Positions 28,913 to 39,079 of a stretch of 48,693 nucleotides of DNA are shown here, in pieces. The position numbers and the translations under genes are program-made. Source of the DNA: a bacterium (GTDB taxonomy: Bacteria; Zhuqueibacterota; Zhuqueibacteria; Oceanimicrobiales; Oceanimicrobiaceae); assembly GCA_046758365.1 (NCBI GenBank), contig JBHIAC010000009.1, positions 1 to 48,693 on the forward strand, given 5' to 3'. Under the pieces are notes generated by a model, which saw only the letters and a program-made list of their open reading frames with translations, did no database searches and had not been told where the DNA came from. The first letter of the stretch is position 1. Each line of letters begins with the position of its first letter.

Positions 28913-30388
28913 ATGTATTATCCAAATTTTTCTGAATTTCAAAATTTAACTAAGAAAGGAAGCGTTGTACCTGTTTATACTTCTTATTTAGCTGATTTGC
29001 TAACACCTGTCTTTGCCTTTTTGCGTCTACGAACGGTTTCAGAAAAAGCCTTTTTATTGGAAAGTGTGGAAGGAGGTGAAAAAACGGCCAGATATTCTTT
29101 TTTGGGTTGCCAGCCATTCTCGACCATTCAATATTCTGACAATAAAATTGAGGCGGAAAGAAACGGAAAAAGAAAATATTTTGAAGGTAACATATTTGAA
29201 TACCTTAAGCTGTTAATGCATAAATATAATGCAGTTCATCTTCCGGGATTACCTCGATTCACTGGTGGGGCCGTAGGATATTTTGGATATGAAACCGTTC
29301 AGCTTTTGGAAAAGGTACCCAAAAATAAAACAGATGACATTGATTTCCCCCAAGCGATGTTTATGCTATTTGATACGGTTCTGGTCTTTGACCATTTGAC
29401 CCATCAAATTTATATTATATCCAATGTTTTTCTGGATAATAATATTGAACCTCTACGCATGAAATATGAAGAAGCTATTGATAAAATTGAAACTATAAAA
29501 AAAGAATTGAAAAAAGAAGTGCCTCCAATGAAAAATTGTACTTCAATTTCAACAGAAGTGTCTTCAAATTTAACAAAGTCTGATTTTTACCAGGCCGTCT
29601 CTACTGTCAAAGGTTATATAGAAGCAGGAGATATTTTTCAAGTAGTACTTTCTCAGAAATTCCAAAAAGAAATTAACTTGGACCCCTTTAATATATACCG
29701 GGCTCTCAGGGTCATTAATCCGTCACCCTATTTATATTTTATCAAAATCAATGAAATGTGCATAATAGGTTCTTCGCCTGAACTTTTGGTGCGTGTGGAA
29801 GGCGGGGTGGTGGAGGTCAGGCCCATCGCAGGAACTCGCCCCAGAGGTAAGGATGAAAAGGACGACCAGCGATTCCTGCAGGAGCTTCGTAACGATGAAA
29901 AAGAAATTGCCGAACACATCATGTTAGTCGATTTGGGACGTAATGATATTGGGAGAGTTAGCCAGTATGGTTCTGTTGAAGTTACAGAACTCATGACGAC
30001 TGAAAAATATTCACACGTCATGCATTTGGTTTCTAATATTCGAGGTAAATTAAAAGCTGAGCTGAGCGCACTTGATGCCCTTAAAGCCTGTTTTCCGGCA
30101 GGAACGGTTTCAGGTGCACCTAAAATTCGAGCTATGGAAATTATAAGTGAACTTGAACCTACATGCCGGGGTGTCTATGCCGGGGCATTGGGTTATCTCG
30201 ATTTCTCGGGTAATTTGGACACCTGTATTGCCATTCGGACGATTGTAACCAAAGGCAATCAAGCTTATTTCCAGGCAGGCGCTGGAATTGTCGCAGATTC
30301 CATTGCTGAGCGAGAATATTTAGAAACCTTAGAAAAAGCCTCGGCTCTGAAAGCGGCCATCGAATTTGCTGAAAGGGGGCTTGAATGA
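28913..30388 (+). CDS. trpE: Anthranilate synthase component I
   Basis: LLESVEGG, GDIFQVVLSQ, NPSPY, EHIMLVDLGRND, PAGTVSGAPKIRAM; ATG 28913 preferred because GTG 28883 lies inside the terminator. Confidence 0.97.
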   Translation: MYYPNFSEFQNLTKKGSVVPVYTSYLADLLTPVFAFLRLRTVSEKAFLLESVEGGEKTARYSFLGCQPFSTIQYSDNKIEAERNGKRKYFEGNIFEYLKLLMHKYNAVHLPGLPRFTGGAVGYFGYETVQLLEKVPKNKTDDIDFPQAMFMLFDTVLVFDHLTHQIYIISNVFLDNNIEPLRMKYEEAIDKIETIKKELKKEVPPMKNCTSISTEVSSNLTKSDFYQAVSTVKGYIEAGDIFQVVLSQKFQKEINLDPFNIYRALRVINPSPYLYFIKINEMCIIGSSPELLVRVEGGVVEVRPIAGTRPRGKDEKDDQRFLQELRNDEKEIAEHIMLVDLGRNDIGRVSQYGSVEVTELMTTEKYSHVMHLVSNIRGKLKAELSALDALKACFPAGTVSGAPKIRAMEIISELEPTCRGVYAGALGYLDFSGNLDTCIAIRTIVTKGNQAYFQAGAGIVADSIAEREYLETLEKASALKAAIEFAERGLE

Positions 30389-30954
30389 TTTTAGTCATCG
30401 ATAATTACGATTCTTTCACCTTCAATTTAGTTCAATATCTTGGTGAATTGGGAGTAGATATAGAAGTGTACCGCAATGATCAAATAGATTTACCAAATGT
30501 GAAGCAATTAAATCCAAATGGTATCGTTATATCTCCGGGACCTGGTAGACCTGAACATGCAGGTATCTCTGTCCCTTTAATTAAAGAGTTAGCATCTCAA
30601 AAACCTATCCTTGGCGTTTGTTTGGGGCATCAAGCTATGGGCCTTGCATTTGGCGGAAAGGTTGTCAGGGCGCCTAAAGTGATGCACGGTAAAACGTCAG
30701 AAATTTATCATAATAATAATGGGATTTTTAAAGGTGTATCAAACCCCTTCAAAGCCACCCGCTACCACTCATTAATCGTGGAAATGAAGAGCCTGCCATC
30801 TGAGCTGAAAGTAACTGCTGAGACAAAAAACAAAATTATTATGGGCTTGAAGCATCAAACGTATCCTATGTACGGGGTGCAATTTCATCCAGAATCTATT
30901 TTGACAAGTGAAGGGAAGAAGATATTGAAGGGTTTTTTGAATAATTGTGAATAA
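30385..30954 (+). CDS. trpG: Anthranilate synthase component II
   Basis: IDNYDSFT, SPGPG, GVCLGHQ, QFHPES. Confidence 0.96.
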   Translation: MILVIDNYDSFTFNLVQYLGELGVDIEVYRNDQIDLPNVKQLNPNGIVISPGPGRPEHAGISVPLIKELASQKPILGVCLGHQAMGLAFGGKVVRAPKVMHGKTSEIYHNNNGIFKGVSNPFKATRYHSLIVEMKSLPSELKVTAETKNKIIMGLKHQTYPMYGVQFHPESILTSEGKKILKGFLNNCE

Positions 30955-30972
30955 AATTAAAAGGATTCAGTC

Positions 30973-31986
30973 ATGATTCAACAAGCAATTAAAACAGTTA
31001 TTGAAGGGAGAGATTTAACCCGGCAGGAAGCCTATGAAGTCATGAGTACCATCATGAATGGGGAAGCCACCCCAGCGCAAATCGCCGCTTTTCTTGTAGC
31101 TTCAAAATTAAAAGGTGAGAAATTTCAAGAAATTGCTGGATTTGCTCATGCCATGCGGGAGAAGGCCTCCACCGTGGTTACTCAATACACCGATGCCATC
31201 GATATGTGTGGTACAGGGGGTGACGGCTTCGGAACTTTTAATATCTCTACCGTAGCATCCTTGGTAGTGGCTGGTGGTGGGGTCCCGGTCGCCAAACATG
31301 GAAATCGCTCTATTTCCAGTCAATGTGGCAGCGCTGATTTACTTGAAGCATTAGGAGTGCGAATCGATTTAAGCGCTGAAAAGGTCGGACTGTGTTTGGA
31401 CAAAATTGGAATTGCGTTTCTTTTTGCTCCGGTTTTGCACAGAGCCATGAAACACGCCATCAGCCCCAGGCGAGAAATTGGAGTTCGGACGGTGTTTAAC
31501 ATTTTAGGCCCTATCACCAATCCTGCAGGTGTACGGCGGCAAGTCCTTGGTGTTTATGACCCCAATTTGGCGCGACTTATGGCAGAGGTTCTAAGAGAGC
31601 TGAGTGCTGACCACATTTTGATAATTCATGGTGAGGAAGGTCTGGATGAAGTTTCAATTCATGGGCCCACTTTTGTGGTTGAATTATGCCGGGGTAAAAT
31701 TATAGAAAGGCGTCTTTTACCTGAAAATTTTGGAATGAATTGTACCCGTAGAAATGGTGTTTCAGGAGGAACTCCTAACGAAAATGCAAAAATCACATTA
31801 GAAATTTTGCATGGCAAAAAAGGCCCTGCAAGAGATATTGTTGTGGCTAATGCGGCCTGTGGATTCGTGGTAGGGGGGGCTGCTCAAAATTTTCTGGAAG
31901 GAGCTAAATTGGCACAGGAATCCATTAATTCAGGAGCAGCAATGAAAAAACTTGAGGCTTTAATAGAGGTGAGCAATATACTTTAA
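30973..31986 (+). CDS. trpD: Anthranilate phosphoribosyltransferase
   Basis: CGTGGD, FNIST, KHGNRS, RTVFNILGP, GLDE. Confidence 0.97.
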   Translation: MIQQAIKTVIEGRDLTRQEAYEVMSTIMNGEATPAQIAAFLVASKLKGEKFQEIAGFAHAMREKASTVVTQYTDAIDMCGTGGDGFGTFNISTVASLVVAGGGVPVAKHGNRSISSQCGSADLLEALGVRIDLSAEKVGLCLDKIGIAFLFAPVLHRAMKHAISPRREIGVRTVFNILGPITNPAGVRRQVLGVYDPNLARLMAEVLRELSADHILIIHGEEGLDEVSIHGPTFVVELCRGKIIERRLLPENFGMNCTRRNGVSGGTPNENAKITLEILHGKKGPARDIVVANAACGFVVGGAAQNFLEGAKLAQESINSGAAMKKLEALIEVSNIL

Positions 31987-31989
31987 CCT

Positions 31990-32787
31990 ATGAATAGCGT
32001 TTTAGAAAAAATCATTAAAAATAAAAAGAGAGAAGTTAAACAGCGCAAAAAAGAAGTACCAATTGCGAGACTTTTTGAATTAATTCAAAACCTCCCCACG
32101 CATGATTATTTTTCAAAAGGTTTGTATGATTCAGGAACAGTTGAAATTATTGCTGAAATAAAGAAATCTTCTCCCTCCGCTGGCCTATTGCGTCAAAATT
32201 TTGATCCCATTTCTATTGCAAAAAGTTATGAGATAAACGGTGCCTGGGCTATTTCAATTTTGACGGATGAAAAATTTTTCAAAGGGAATTTAAAATGTTT
32301 ATATCAAGTTCGCCAGGTGGTCAAATTACCTCTTCTTAGAAAAGATTTCATCATCGATCCCTATCAGGCGATTGAAGCCCGCGCTTATGGAGCTGATGCG
32401 ATTTTATTAATATTGAGAATTCTCTCCAAAATGCAATGCATAGAACTGGAGATGGCCACACGAGAAATTAATCTTGATATCTTGGTAGAAGTTCACACGA
32501 TCGAGGAGTTAGAAAGAGCATTGTCTTACGGTTTTAGTTTCATTGGCATAAATAATCGAAATTTAAATACTTTTGAAGTGAACTTTAAAACAACTGAAAA
32601 ATTGCTGGCGGCCTTGCCTAAAGATGTGATTGTGGTTTCAGAAAGTGGCATTAAAAAGAAGGAGGATATTCAAAGGTTAGGGCAAATTGGTGTGGATGCA
32701 GTTTTGATAGGGGAGGCTTTTATGCGTCAGGCTGATATTGGAGCGGCTCTTAAACAATTTGTAGGAGTGCCTAAATGGTCAAGGTGA
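31990..32787 (+). CDS. trpC: Indole-3-glycerol phosphate synthase
   Basis: IAEIKKSSPS, LRKDFI, GINNRNL, SESGI. Confidence 0.97.
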   Translation: MNSVLEKIIKNKKREVKQRKKEVPIARLFELIQNLPTHDYFSKGLYDSGTVEIIAEIKKSSPSAGLLRQNFDPISIAKSYEINGAWAISILTDEKFFKGNLKCLYQVRQVVKLPLLRKDFIIDPYQAIEARAYGADAILLILRILSKMQCIELEMATREINLDILVEVHTIEELERALSYGFSFIGINNRNLNTFEVNFKTTEKLLAALPKDVIVVSESGIKKKEDIQRLGQIGVDAVLIGEAFMRQADIGAALKQFVGVPKWSR

Positions 32788-33395
32788 AGATTTGCGGCAT
32801 CACCAATTTGATAGATGCTTTGGAAGCTTGTGAATTAGATGCTGATGCTTTGGGATTTATTTTTCATAAAAAAAGTCCACGATATATTCAACCAGTCGCT
32901 GCAAAAGATATTATGAAATCCCTACCACCATTTATTATAAAAGTCGGTGTGTTTGTAAATATGACCCTTAGTGATTTATATAAAATTTGTGAATCTGTAC
33001 CAATAGATGTTGTTCAACTTCATGGAGATGAGACGCCTGAATACTGCAGACAGATTTCGTACCCATGTTTAAAAGTGTTTCGGGTGAATGCTGATTTCAA
33101 TCTACTGAAATTAAAAAAGTACCAAACAGCAGGATATTTGTTAGATACGTTTAATAATTATATCTACGGTGGCACGGGAAAAACGTTTGATTGGAATATT
33201 GCGAAAGAGGCTAATAAGTTTGGTAGAGTTGTACTTTCGGGCGGACTCAATTCAGATAACATATTGAAGGCTCTGGATTTTGTCAGGCCTTATGCTGTGG
33301 ACATCTGCAGCGGTGTTGAGGCGTTTCCTGGTAAGAAAGATCCTGAGAAGCTTAAAACATTTTTTGAGGAGTTCAGAAAATTTAAGAACAATTAA
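32775..33395 (+). CDS. trpF: Phosphoribosylanthranilate isomerase
   Basis: VKICGIT, VQLHGDE, GGTGKTFDW, LSGGL. Confidence 0.96.
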   Translation: MVKVKICGITNLIDALEACELDADALGFIFHKKSPRYIQPVAAKDIMKSLPPFIIKVGVFVNMTLSDLYKICESVPIDVVQLHGDETPEYCRQISYPCLKVFRVNADFNLLKLKKYQTAGYLLDTFNNYIYGGTGKTFDWNIAKEANKFGRVVLSGGLNSDNILKALDFVRPYAVDICSGVEAFPGKKDPEKLKTFFEEFRKFKNN

Positions 33396-33525
33396 AATGG
33401 CACACTGATGACGAGAATGAGATGGATAAGGGGGTGAATTTCATTTTTTACAATAGTCTTATTAATAATTAATAAATAAGATCAGTGTAAATCTGTTACA
33501 TCTGCGTAAATACGCGTGCCAATTT
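33395..33525. repeat. Degenerate palindromic intergenic repeat
   Basis: AAATGGCAC...GTGCCAATTT ends; ACACTGAT/ATCAGTGT; spaced GAT / ATC units. Confidence 0.5.
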
Positions 33526-33534
33526 AGAAATATT

Positions 33535-34770
33535 TTGGATAGGGTGAGTATATTGAAAAACAGAGATTTTTATAAAAATTTACCTGACAAAGGCGGACAT
33601 TTTGGACCTTATGGCGGGAAATTCGTGCCGGAGATTCTCATGCCAGCTATTACAGAATTGGAAGAGGCCTATTCGGAGGCGAAAAATGATCCCGTGTTTC
33701 AAGACGAACTGCAATATTATTTAAAAGAATATTCCGGTCGGCCTACACCGCTTACTTATGCCCACCGCTTAACAAAGGCCTTGGGGGGTGCTAAAATTTA
33801 TCTGAAACGAGAAGATTTGAATCATACTGGCGCTCATAAAATCAACAACACGCTTGGGCAAATTCTTTTAGCCCAAAGAATGGATAAACGGCGCATCATT
33901 GCCGAAACAGGTGCAGGACAGCACGGCGTTGCGGTAGCTACGGTAGCTGCTAAATTTGGCATGGCGTGTGTAATTTATATGGGCGAAGAAGATACTCACC
34001 GTCAGCGACTCAATGTTTTTCGAATGAGGTTATTAGGAGCTGAGGTCATTCCTGTGACTTCTGGCAGCCAGACACTCAAGGATGCCATAAATGAAACCAT
34101 CAGAGATTGGGTAACAAATGTTCGAGATACTTTCTACCTGATTGGTTCGGTAGTAGGCCCTCACCCGTATCCCATCATGGTTCGGGATTTTCAATCGGTT
34201 ATAGGTAAAGAAACCCGAAGTCAAATTTTAAAAAGTGAATCGAAACTACCAGAAAAAATTGTGGCCTGTGTCGGCGGTGGCAGCAATGCCATGGGTATGT
34301 TTTATCCTTTTCTTGAAGATGTAAACGTAAAATTAATCGGAGTTGAGGGAGGCGGTTTGGGTTTTGAAACCATACAGCACGCAGCCACGCTTTGCTTTGG
34401 TCAGCCGGGTGTTTTGCATGGTGCTTTTTCTTATTTATTACAAACTAAGGACGGTCAAATCCGAGAAGCGCATTCAATTTCTGCGGGTCTCGATTATCCT
34501 GGTGTGGGACCTGAACACAGCTATTTGAAAGATTCTGGAAGGGTGGAATACGTTGCGGTAACCGATGAAGAGGCTCTGGAAGCTTTTTATTTGCTTTCCA
34601 AAACTGAGGGGATTATACCTGCACTTGAAAGTGCCCATGCTCTGGCACAGGTTAGAAAGTTAGCCCCCAAAGCTTCCTCAAATGAATGTATAATCGTCTG
34701 TCTTTCTGGTCGTGGGGATAAAGATGTGGAATTAGTGGAGAAAAAATTGAGAAATGTTCCGAACCAATAA
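33535..34770 (+). CDS. trpB: Tryptophan synthase beta chain
   Basis: [38 protein letters not shown]; exact start uncertain. Confidence 0.98.
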   Translation: MDRVSILKNRDFYKNLPDKGGHFGPYGGKFVPEILMPAITELEEAYSEAKNDPVFQDELQYYLKEYSGRPTPLTYAHRLTKALGGAKIYLKREDLNHTGAHKINNTLGQILLAQRMDKRRIIAETGAGQHGVAVATVAAKFGMACVIYMGEEDTHRQRLNVFRMRLLGAEVIPVTSGSQTLKDAINETIRDWVTNVRDTFYLIGSVVGPHPYPIMVRDFQSVIGKETRSQILKSESKLPEKIVACVGGGSNAMGMFYPFLEDVNVKLIGVEGGGLGFETIQHAATLCFGQPGVLHGAFSYLLQTKDGQIREAHSISAGLDYPGVGPEHSYLKDSGRVEYVAVTDEEALEAFYLLSKTEGIIPALESAHALAQVRKLAPKASSNECIIVCLSGRGDKDVELVEKKLRNVPNQ

Positions 34771-34866
34771 ACAGAGTATTGTATTAAGTGTAGAAGCGCA
34801 AAGCGTTTGAACGAATGGGAAATATTAAAAAATCCAAAAATGATTTAACTATTTGAGGAGAAACAT

Positions 34867-35667
34867 TTGAATCGACTAAAAAAGATGTTTCAAATAGCGC
34901 AAAACCAGAGGGAAAAACTGTTATCGATTTTTGTCACCGCAGGCTATCCCAAATTGGACAGTACTCCAGAATTAGTTTGGACCTTCGAAAAAGCTGGTGC
35001 GAATTTTGTAGAGATTGGTGTACCTTTCTCTGACCCCATTGCCGATGGCCCAACCATTCAGAAGGCTTCACAAATTGCTTTAAAAAATGGCATGAATTTG
35101 AGTATTGTGTTAAATCAAGTTCAAATGGTACGACAGCAAAGTCAAATTCCTATTATCTTGATGGGCTACGTGAATCCTTTACTAAATTATGGGCTTGAAA
35201 AATTTATTAAAGATGCAGAAGAGGCAGGCGTTGATGGATTGATCATTCCGGATCTTATTCCCGAGGAATTTCTAAATTACAAGGATTTATTTAAAGGAAG
35301 CAATTTGGGCATTAATTTTTTAATTTCGCCAAATACTCCGACAAAACGGATTAAATTTATTGATAACTTGACTTGTGATTTTATTTATTGTGTATCGGTA
35401 ACTGGGGTCACGGGTTGTCGAAAGGGGGTGACTCAGGGATTAGTTGATTATCTTCAATCTATAAGAAAATTAATAAATCATCCATTTTTAGTAGGATTTG
35501 GTGTTTCTAATCCAAAGGATGCCAGAGATATTGCGCGATATTGTCATGGCGTAATTATTGGGAGTGCCATTATAAATTTAATAAGAAAGTACACTGCCTA
35601 TATGGACATGTTAGAAGCAGTGTGCCACTTTGGCCAAGAAGTAAAATCTGCTTTGAAAGGAGTTTGA
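34867..35667 (+). CDS. trpA: Tryptophan synthase alpha chain
   Basis: EIGVPFSDPIADGPTIQ, GVTG, VGFGV. Confidence 0.97.
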   Translation: MNRLKKMFQIAQNQREKLLSIFVTAGYPKLDSTPELVWTFEKAGANFVEIGVPFSDPIADGPTIQKASQIALKNGMNLSIVLNQVQMVRQQSQIPIILMGYVNPLLNYGLEKFIKDAEEAGVDGLIIPDLIPEEFLNYKDLFKGSNLGINFLISPNTPTKRIKFIDNLTCDFIYCVSVTGVTGCRKGVTQGLVDYLQSIRKLINHPFLVGFGVSNPKDARDIARYCHGVIIGSAIINLIRKYTAYMDMLEAVCHFGQEVKSALKGV

Positions 35668-35668
35668 C

Positions 35669-35944
35669 ATGGATATTGAAGACTGGCGCAGCAAGATTGA
35701 CGAAGTTGATCTCGAGATATTGCGGCTTTTAAAAAAAAGAGCCCAATTTACTATTGAGATTGGAAATATTAAAAAACAAAGATGGCTTCCTATTCATTCA
35801 CCGGATAGGGAAAAATTAATAATTACACGTATAGTTAATGAAAATTCTGGGCCTTTAAGTAGTGATGGGGTTCGTAGAATTTTTGAAAGAATTATTGATG
35901 AATTTCGCAAACTTGAAAAAGATAGTTTAAAGAATAATTCATGA
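35669..35944 (+). CDS. Monofunctional chorismate mutase (type II)
   Basis: RSKIDEVDLEILRLLKKRA...IGNIK...PDRE. Confidence 0.9.
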   Translation: MDIEDWRSKIDEVDLEILRLLKKRAQFTIEIGNIKKQRWLPIHSPDREKLIITRIVNENSGPLSSDGVRRIFERIIDEFRKLEKDSLKNNS

Positions 35945-36065
35945 GGTTAGTGCGAGAACATGTTAAAGTTAAATATTTGTAATTTAAATACTTACAATTT
36001 AAAGATTATCGGATCCTACCTTTTTGCACCTACTTCACTCATTACTCGGAAGGAGGAGTAGTACT

Positions 36066-37079
36066 ATGGTCGTGGTAATGGAAGAAAATGCCACCGAAGA
36101 TGATATTCAAATGGTAATCACTAAATTAACTGAGATGAATTTTGATGTCCATCGTTCAACGGGAGTTAACCAAACAGTACTTGGGGCTATTGGAGATAAA
36201 CGGGGGCTCGATACTCGCATTTTGGAATTGCTGTCGGGGGTCCACAAAGTGATTCGCATCACTGAACCGTTCAAATTAACCAGTCGGAATTTTCACCCTG
36301 AGGATACCGTGATAAAAATAAAGCATGTCACTGTCGGTGGAAGCAAATTGGTGATGATGGCGGGTCCATGTTCTGTGGAAAGCCTTGACCAGATTCGAGA
36401 AACTGCACGAATAGTTAAACAGGCTGGAGCAACGGTATTACGTGGCGGTGCTTTTAAACCTCGCACTTCACCTTATAGTTTTCAAGGCCTTGGCGAACAA
36501 GGATTGAAATATTTAAGAGAAGCCACAAATGAAAATGGCATGGTCTGCGTTTCGGAGGTTATGGAAAGCGCCCTGATCCCTCTATTAGTAGAATATGTGG
36601 ACATTCTCCAAGTGGGGGCGAGAAATATGCAGAATTTTGCTCTACTACGAGAATTGGGAAAAATCAGGACCCCCATATTATTAAAACGTGGTATGGCAGC
36701 CACGATTGAAGAAACTCTGATGGCAGCGGAATACATTATGGCTGGTGGGAATTATAAGGTAATTCTATGTGAGCGCGGTATTCGAACATTTGAAAACTAT
36801 ACCCGCAATACCTTGGATATTTCTGCGATAGCAATAATAAAAAAGTTGAGTCACCTGCCTATCATTGCCGACCCCAGCCATGCTACCGGACGCCGCGATA
36901 AGGTGCCACCCATGGCGCGTGCCGCCATTGCAGCAGGAGCGGATGGCTTGCTCATCGAAGTCCATCAGGACCCTGAAAATGCCCTTTCCGATGGAGCTCA
37001 GTCCTTATATCCTGATCAATTCAAGCAACTCATGAGGGAACTCCAGATTATTGCAAAAGCTGTTGGGAAAAATTGGTGA
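36066..37079 (+). CDS. aroF: DAHP synthase type I-beta with N-terminal regulatory domain
   Basis: AGPCSVES, GGAFKPRTSPYSFQG, DPSHATG; SD AAGGAGGAG. Confidence 0.95.
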   Translation: MVVVMEENATEDDIQMVITKLTEMNFDVHRSTGVNQTVLGAIGDKRGLDTRILELLSGVHKVIRITEPFKLTSRNFHPEDTVIKIKHVTVGGSKLVMMAGPCSVESLDQIRETARIVKQAGATVLRGGAFKPRTSPYSFQGLGEQGLKYLREATNENGMVCVSEVMESALIPLLVEYVDILQVGARNMQNFALLRELGKIRTPILLKRGMAATIEETLMAAEYIMAGGNYKVILCERGIRTFENYTRNTLDISAIAIIKKLSHLPIIADPSHATGRRDKVPPMARAAIAAGADGLLIEVHQDPENALSDGAQSLYPDQFKQLMRELQIIAKAVGKNW

Positions 37080-37085
37080 ATTTGC

Positions 37086-37114
37086 TTGCATATTAAAAAG
37101 AGGTTGCTTATAAT
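37086..37114 (+). promoter_or_regulatory. Internal sigma70 promoter upstream of tyrA
   Basis: TTGCAT-17 bp-TATAAT. Confidence 0.6.
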
Positions 37115-37178
37115 AATTATGTTCGATGGGGCTTATTATTGGATACTTTATATTTTTAAGTAAAGTTGAGAAATAATA

Positions 37179-38276
37179 TTGAGTTTCAAAAAAATATCTA
37201 TTATTGGATTAGGTCTCATTGGAGGCTCTATGGCGGCTGCTCTTAGAAGAAAACAGGTTGTTGGCCATATTGTTGGTATTGATGATGGGCACGTGATTGC
37301 AGAGGGCTTATCACGGGATCTGATAAACGAAGGTTACCGTCGTGAAGATATTCAAAAAGGAGTAATTGACGTAGATTTAATTATCTTAGCAACACCTATC
37401 AAAGTAACCTTGATGCAGTTGCCAAATGTGGCTAAGCAAGTAAAACCAGGTACTTTAATCACTGACGTTGGAAGTACAAAGGTAAAAATTGTGAACACAG
37501 CCAGTAAATACCTGCCAAAAGACGTTTATTTTTTAGGGGGGCACCCCATGACAGGCTCGGAAAAAAGAGGGTTGGAATATGCCGACCCTTTTCTTTTTGA
37601 AAATGCTGTATACGTTCTAACAGAAAATAAATCTATTCCAAATAAATTGATAGAAAAATTTGTTGAAATGATTGAGGCCATAGGTGCGAAAGTTATTTTT
37701 TTACCAGCTAAGTTGCATGACGAAATTGCCGCCGTAGTAAGTCAATTACCTCAAATATTAGCCGTGACTTTAATGCATTATGCTTCAAACCTAAATAAGA
37801 AAAATTCTTTATATTTAAAATTAGCAGCAGGGGGGTTTAGAGACATGACTCGGGTGGCTTCGAGTCCCTTTCATATTTGGACCGACATTTGCAGAACCAA
37901 TGAAGATAACATAAAAGAGGCTATAGACCAATTTATGGAGGAGCTTAAAACGATTAAAGAATTACTTTCGGATTCCAAACTGAAGCCTATTTTCAATGAC
38001 GCCGCTCGAAATCGCCTTTCCATTCCAAAAGACACCCGTGGATTTTTACGACCTCATTTTAACATATCTATTGTGGTCGAAGATAGACCAGGCGTGATCG
38101 CAAACATTTCAACAATTTTAGCCAGTGAAAATATTAATATCAAAGATATAGAAATTTTGAAAGTCCGAGAAGGGGAGGCCGGCACGCTCCGATTGGCTTT
38201 TGAAAGTGAAGCGGAGAGAGAGAAAGCTATGCAACTTCTTATGAAAAATCGATTTCAGGTTTCAAAAAGAGAGTGA
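37179..38276 (+). CDS. tyrA: Prephenate/arogenate dehydrogenase with C-terminal ACT domain
   Basis: GLGLIGGS, TDVGSTK, GGHPMTGSE, GGFRDMTR; ACT motif EDRPGVIA. Confidence 0.94.
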   Translation: MSFKKISIIGLGLIGGSMAAALRRKQVVGHIVGIDDGHVIAEGLSRDLINEGYRREDIQKGVIDVDLIILATPIKVTLMQLPNVAKQVKPGTLITDVGSTKVKIVNTASKYLPKDVYFLGGHPMTGSEKRGLEYADPFLFENAVYVLTENKSIPNKLIEKFVEMIEAIGAKVIFLPAKLHDEIAAVVSQLPQILAVTLMHYASNLNKKNSLYLKLAAGGFRDMTRVASSPFHIWTDICRTNEDNIKEAIDQFMEELKTIKELLSDSKLKPIFNDAARNRLSIPKDTRGFLRPHFNISIVVEDRPGVIANISTILASENINIKDIEILKVREGEAGTLRLAFESEAEREKAMQLLMKNRFQVSKRE

Positions 38277-38282
38277 ATGAAT

Positions 38283-38714
38283 TTATTTAATTCTTCTAAG
38301 CCATTCAATTTCATCAAAATCTTGATCAAAACTTGCTATTTGTGATAAGTTCATTTTATCGGCCACGATAGCGATAAGTGCATCATTAAAGTTTAATTTT
38401 GCTTGATGTTTTATCATTAATTCAATAATTTCAGAGTAAATGTATTATACTTCGGGATAAACCCAAGTAACTTCGTTAACAGACACTAAATTTTGTAATT
38501 TTGTTATTGTTTTTGGAAATTCTTTAAATCTCTTTTTTCCCTCAAATCTTTTTGCTATAGTGCTTAATGATTCACTTATCACACAATCAAAGTATACAAT
38601 AGTAAGCTTTTGATTTTGAATTTCAGTTTTGATATTAGTTGCTTTTGAATGCCAAATATCTTGATCGTCTAATAGACCAATAAGAAAATTTGAGTCAATG
38701 ATTATACTATTCAT
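38283..38714 (-). pseudogene. vapC: VapC/PIN toxin with premature in-frame TAA
   Basis: IIIDSNFL...VISE; after TAA (38445-38447) the frame continues LNFNDALIA...IASFDQDFD to a stop at 38283. Confidence 0.88.
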
Positions 38715-38920
38715 AGATTGCTTCTGTATCTTTAAGGGCGTTCCCCCCCCATAGATATGATGCCAGTTAATTGATCAAGGGATTCAGAATTGACTCTTGT
38801 GGGAATCAGGGTAGTTGGAGTATTAGTTTCAAGAAGTAATTCCTTTAGATCCTTTTTTGATAAATTTCGAAGAATTTCGATTAAGACATCCTTGGGTATT
38901 TTGATCATGATTTGTTCCAT
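38707..38920 (-). pseudogene. Antitoxin with probable +1 frameshift in a G8 tract
   Basis: Removing one G from 38743-38750 gives ...GIISMGGNALKDTEAIYE*, whose stop overlaps the toxin start. Confidence 0.7.
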
Positions 38921-39079
38921 AAGTCTATCCTTAATTGAAGTCTTTCAGACAAAATAACATTAATTACATAAAATAGGTTATTTTGTTTTGAATAAATATA
39001 CAAAAGAATCTCAAAAATTAAAAGAAATATTTGTAGAAGCCACATTTAAATAACAAAATGTGTAATTGATTAATACCTT

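Noticed and set aside
35969..36004. Imperfect 15-bp tandem repeat before the DAHP synthase gene as an operator
   Set aside because: Low-complexity AT-rich sequence that cannot be distinguished from chance.
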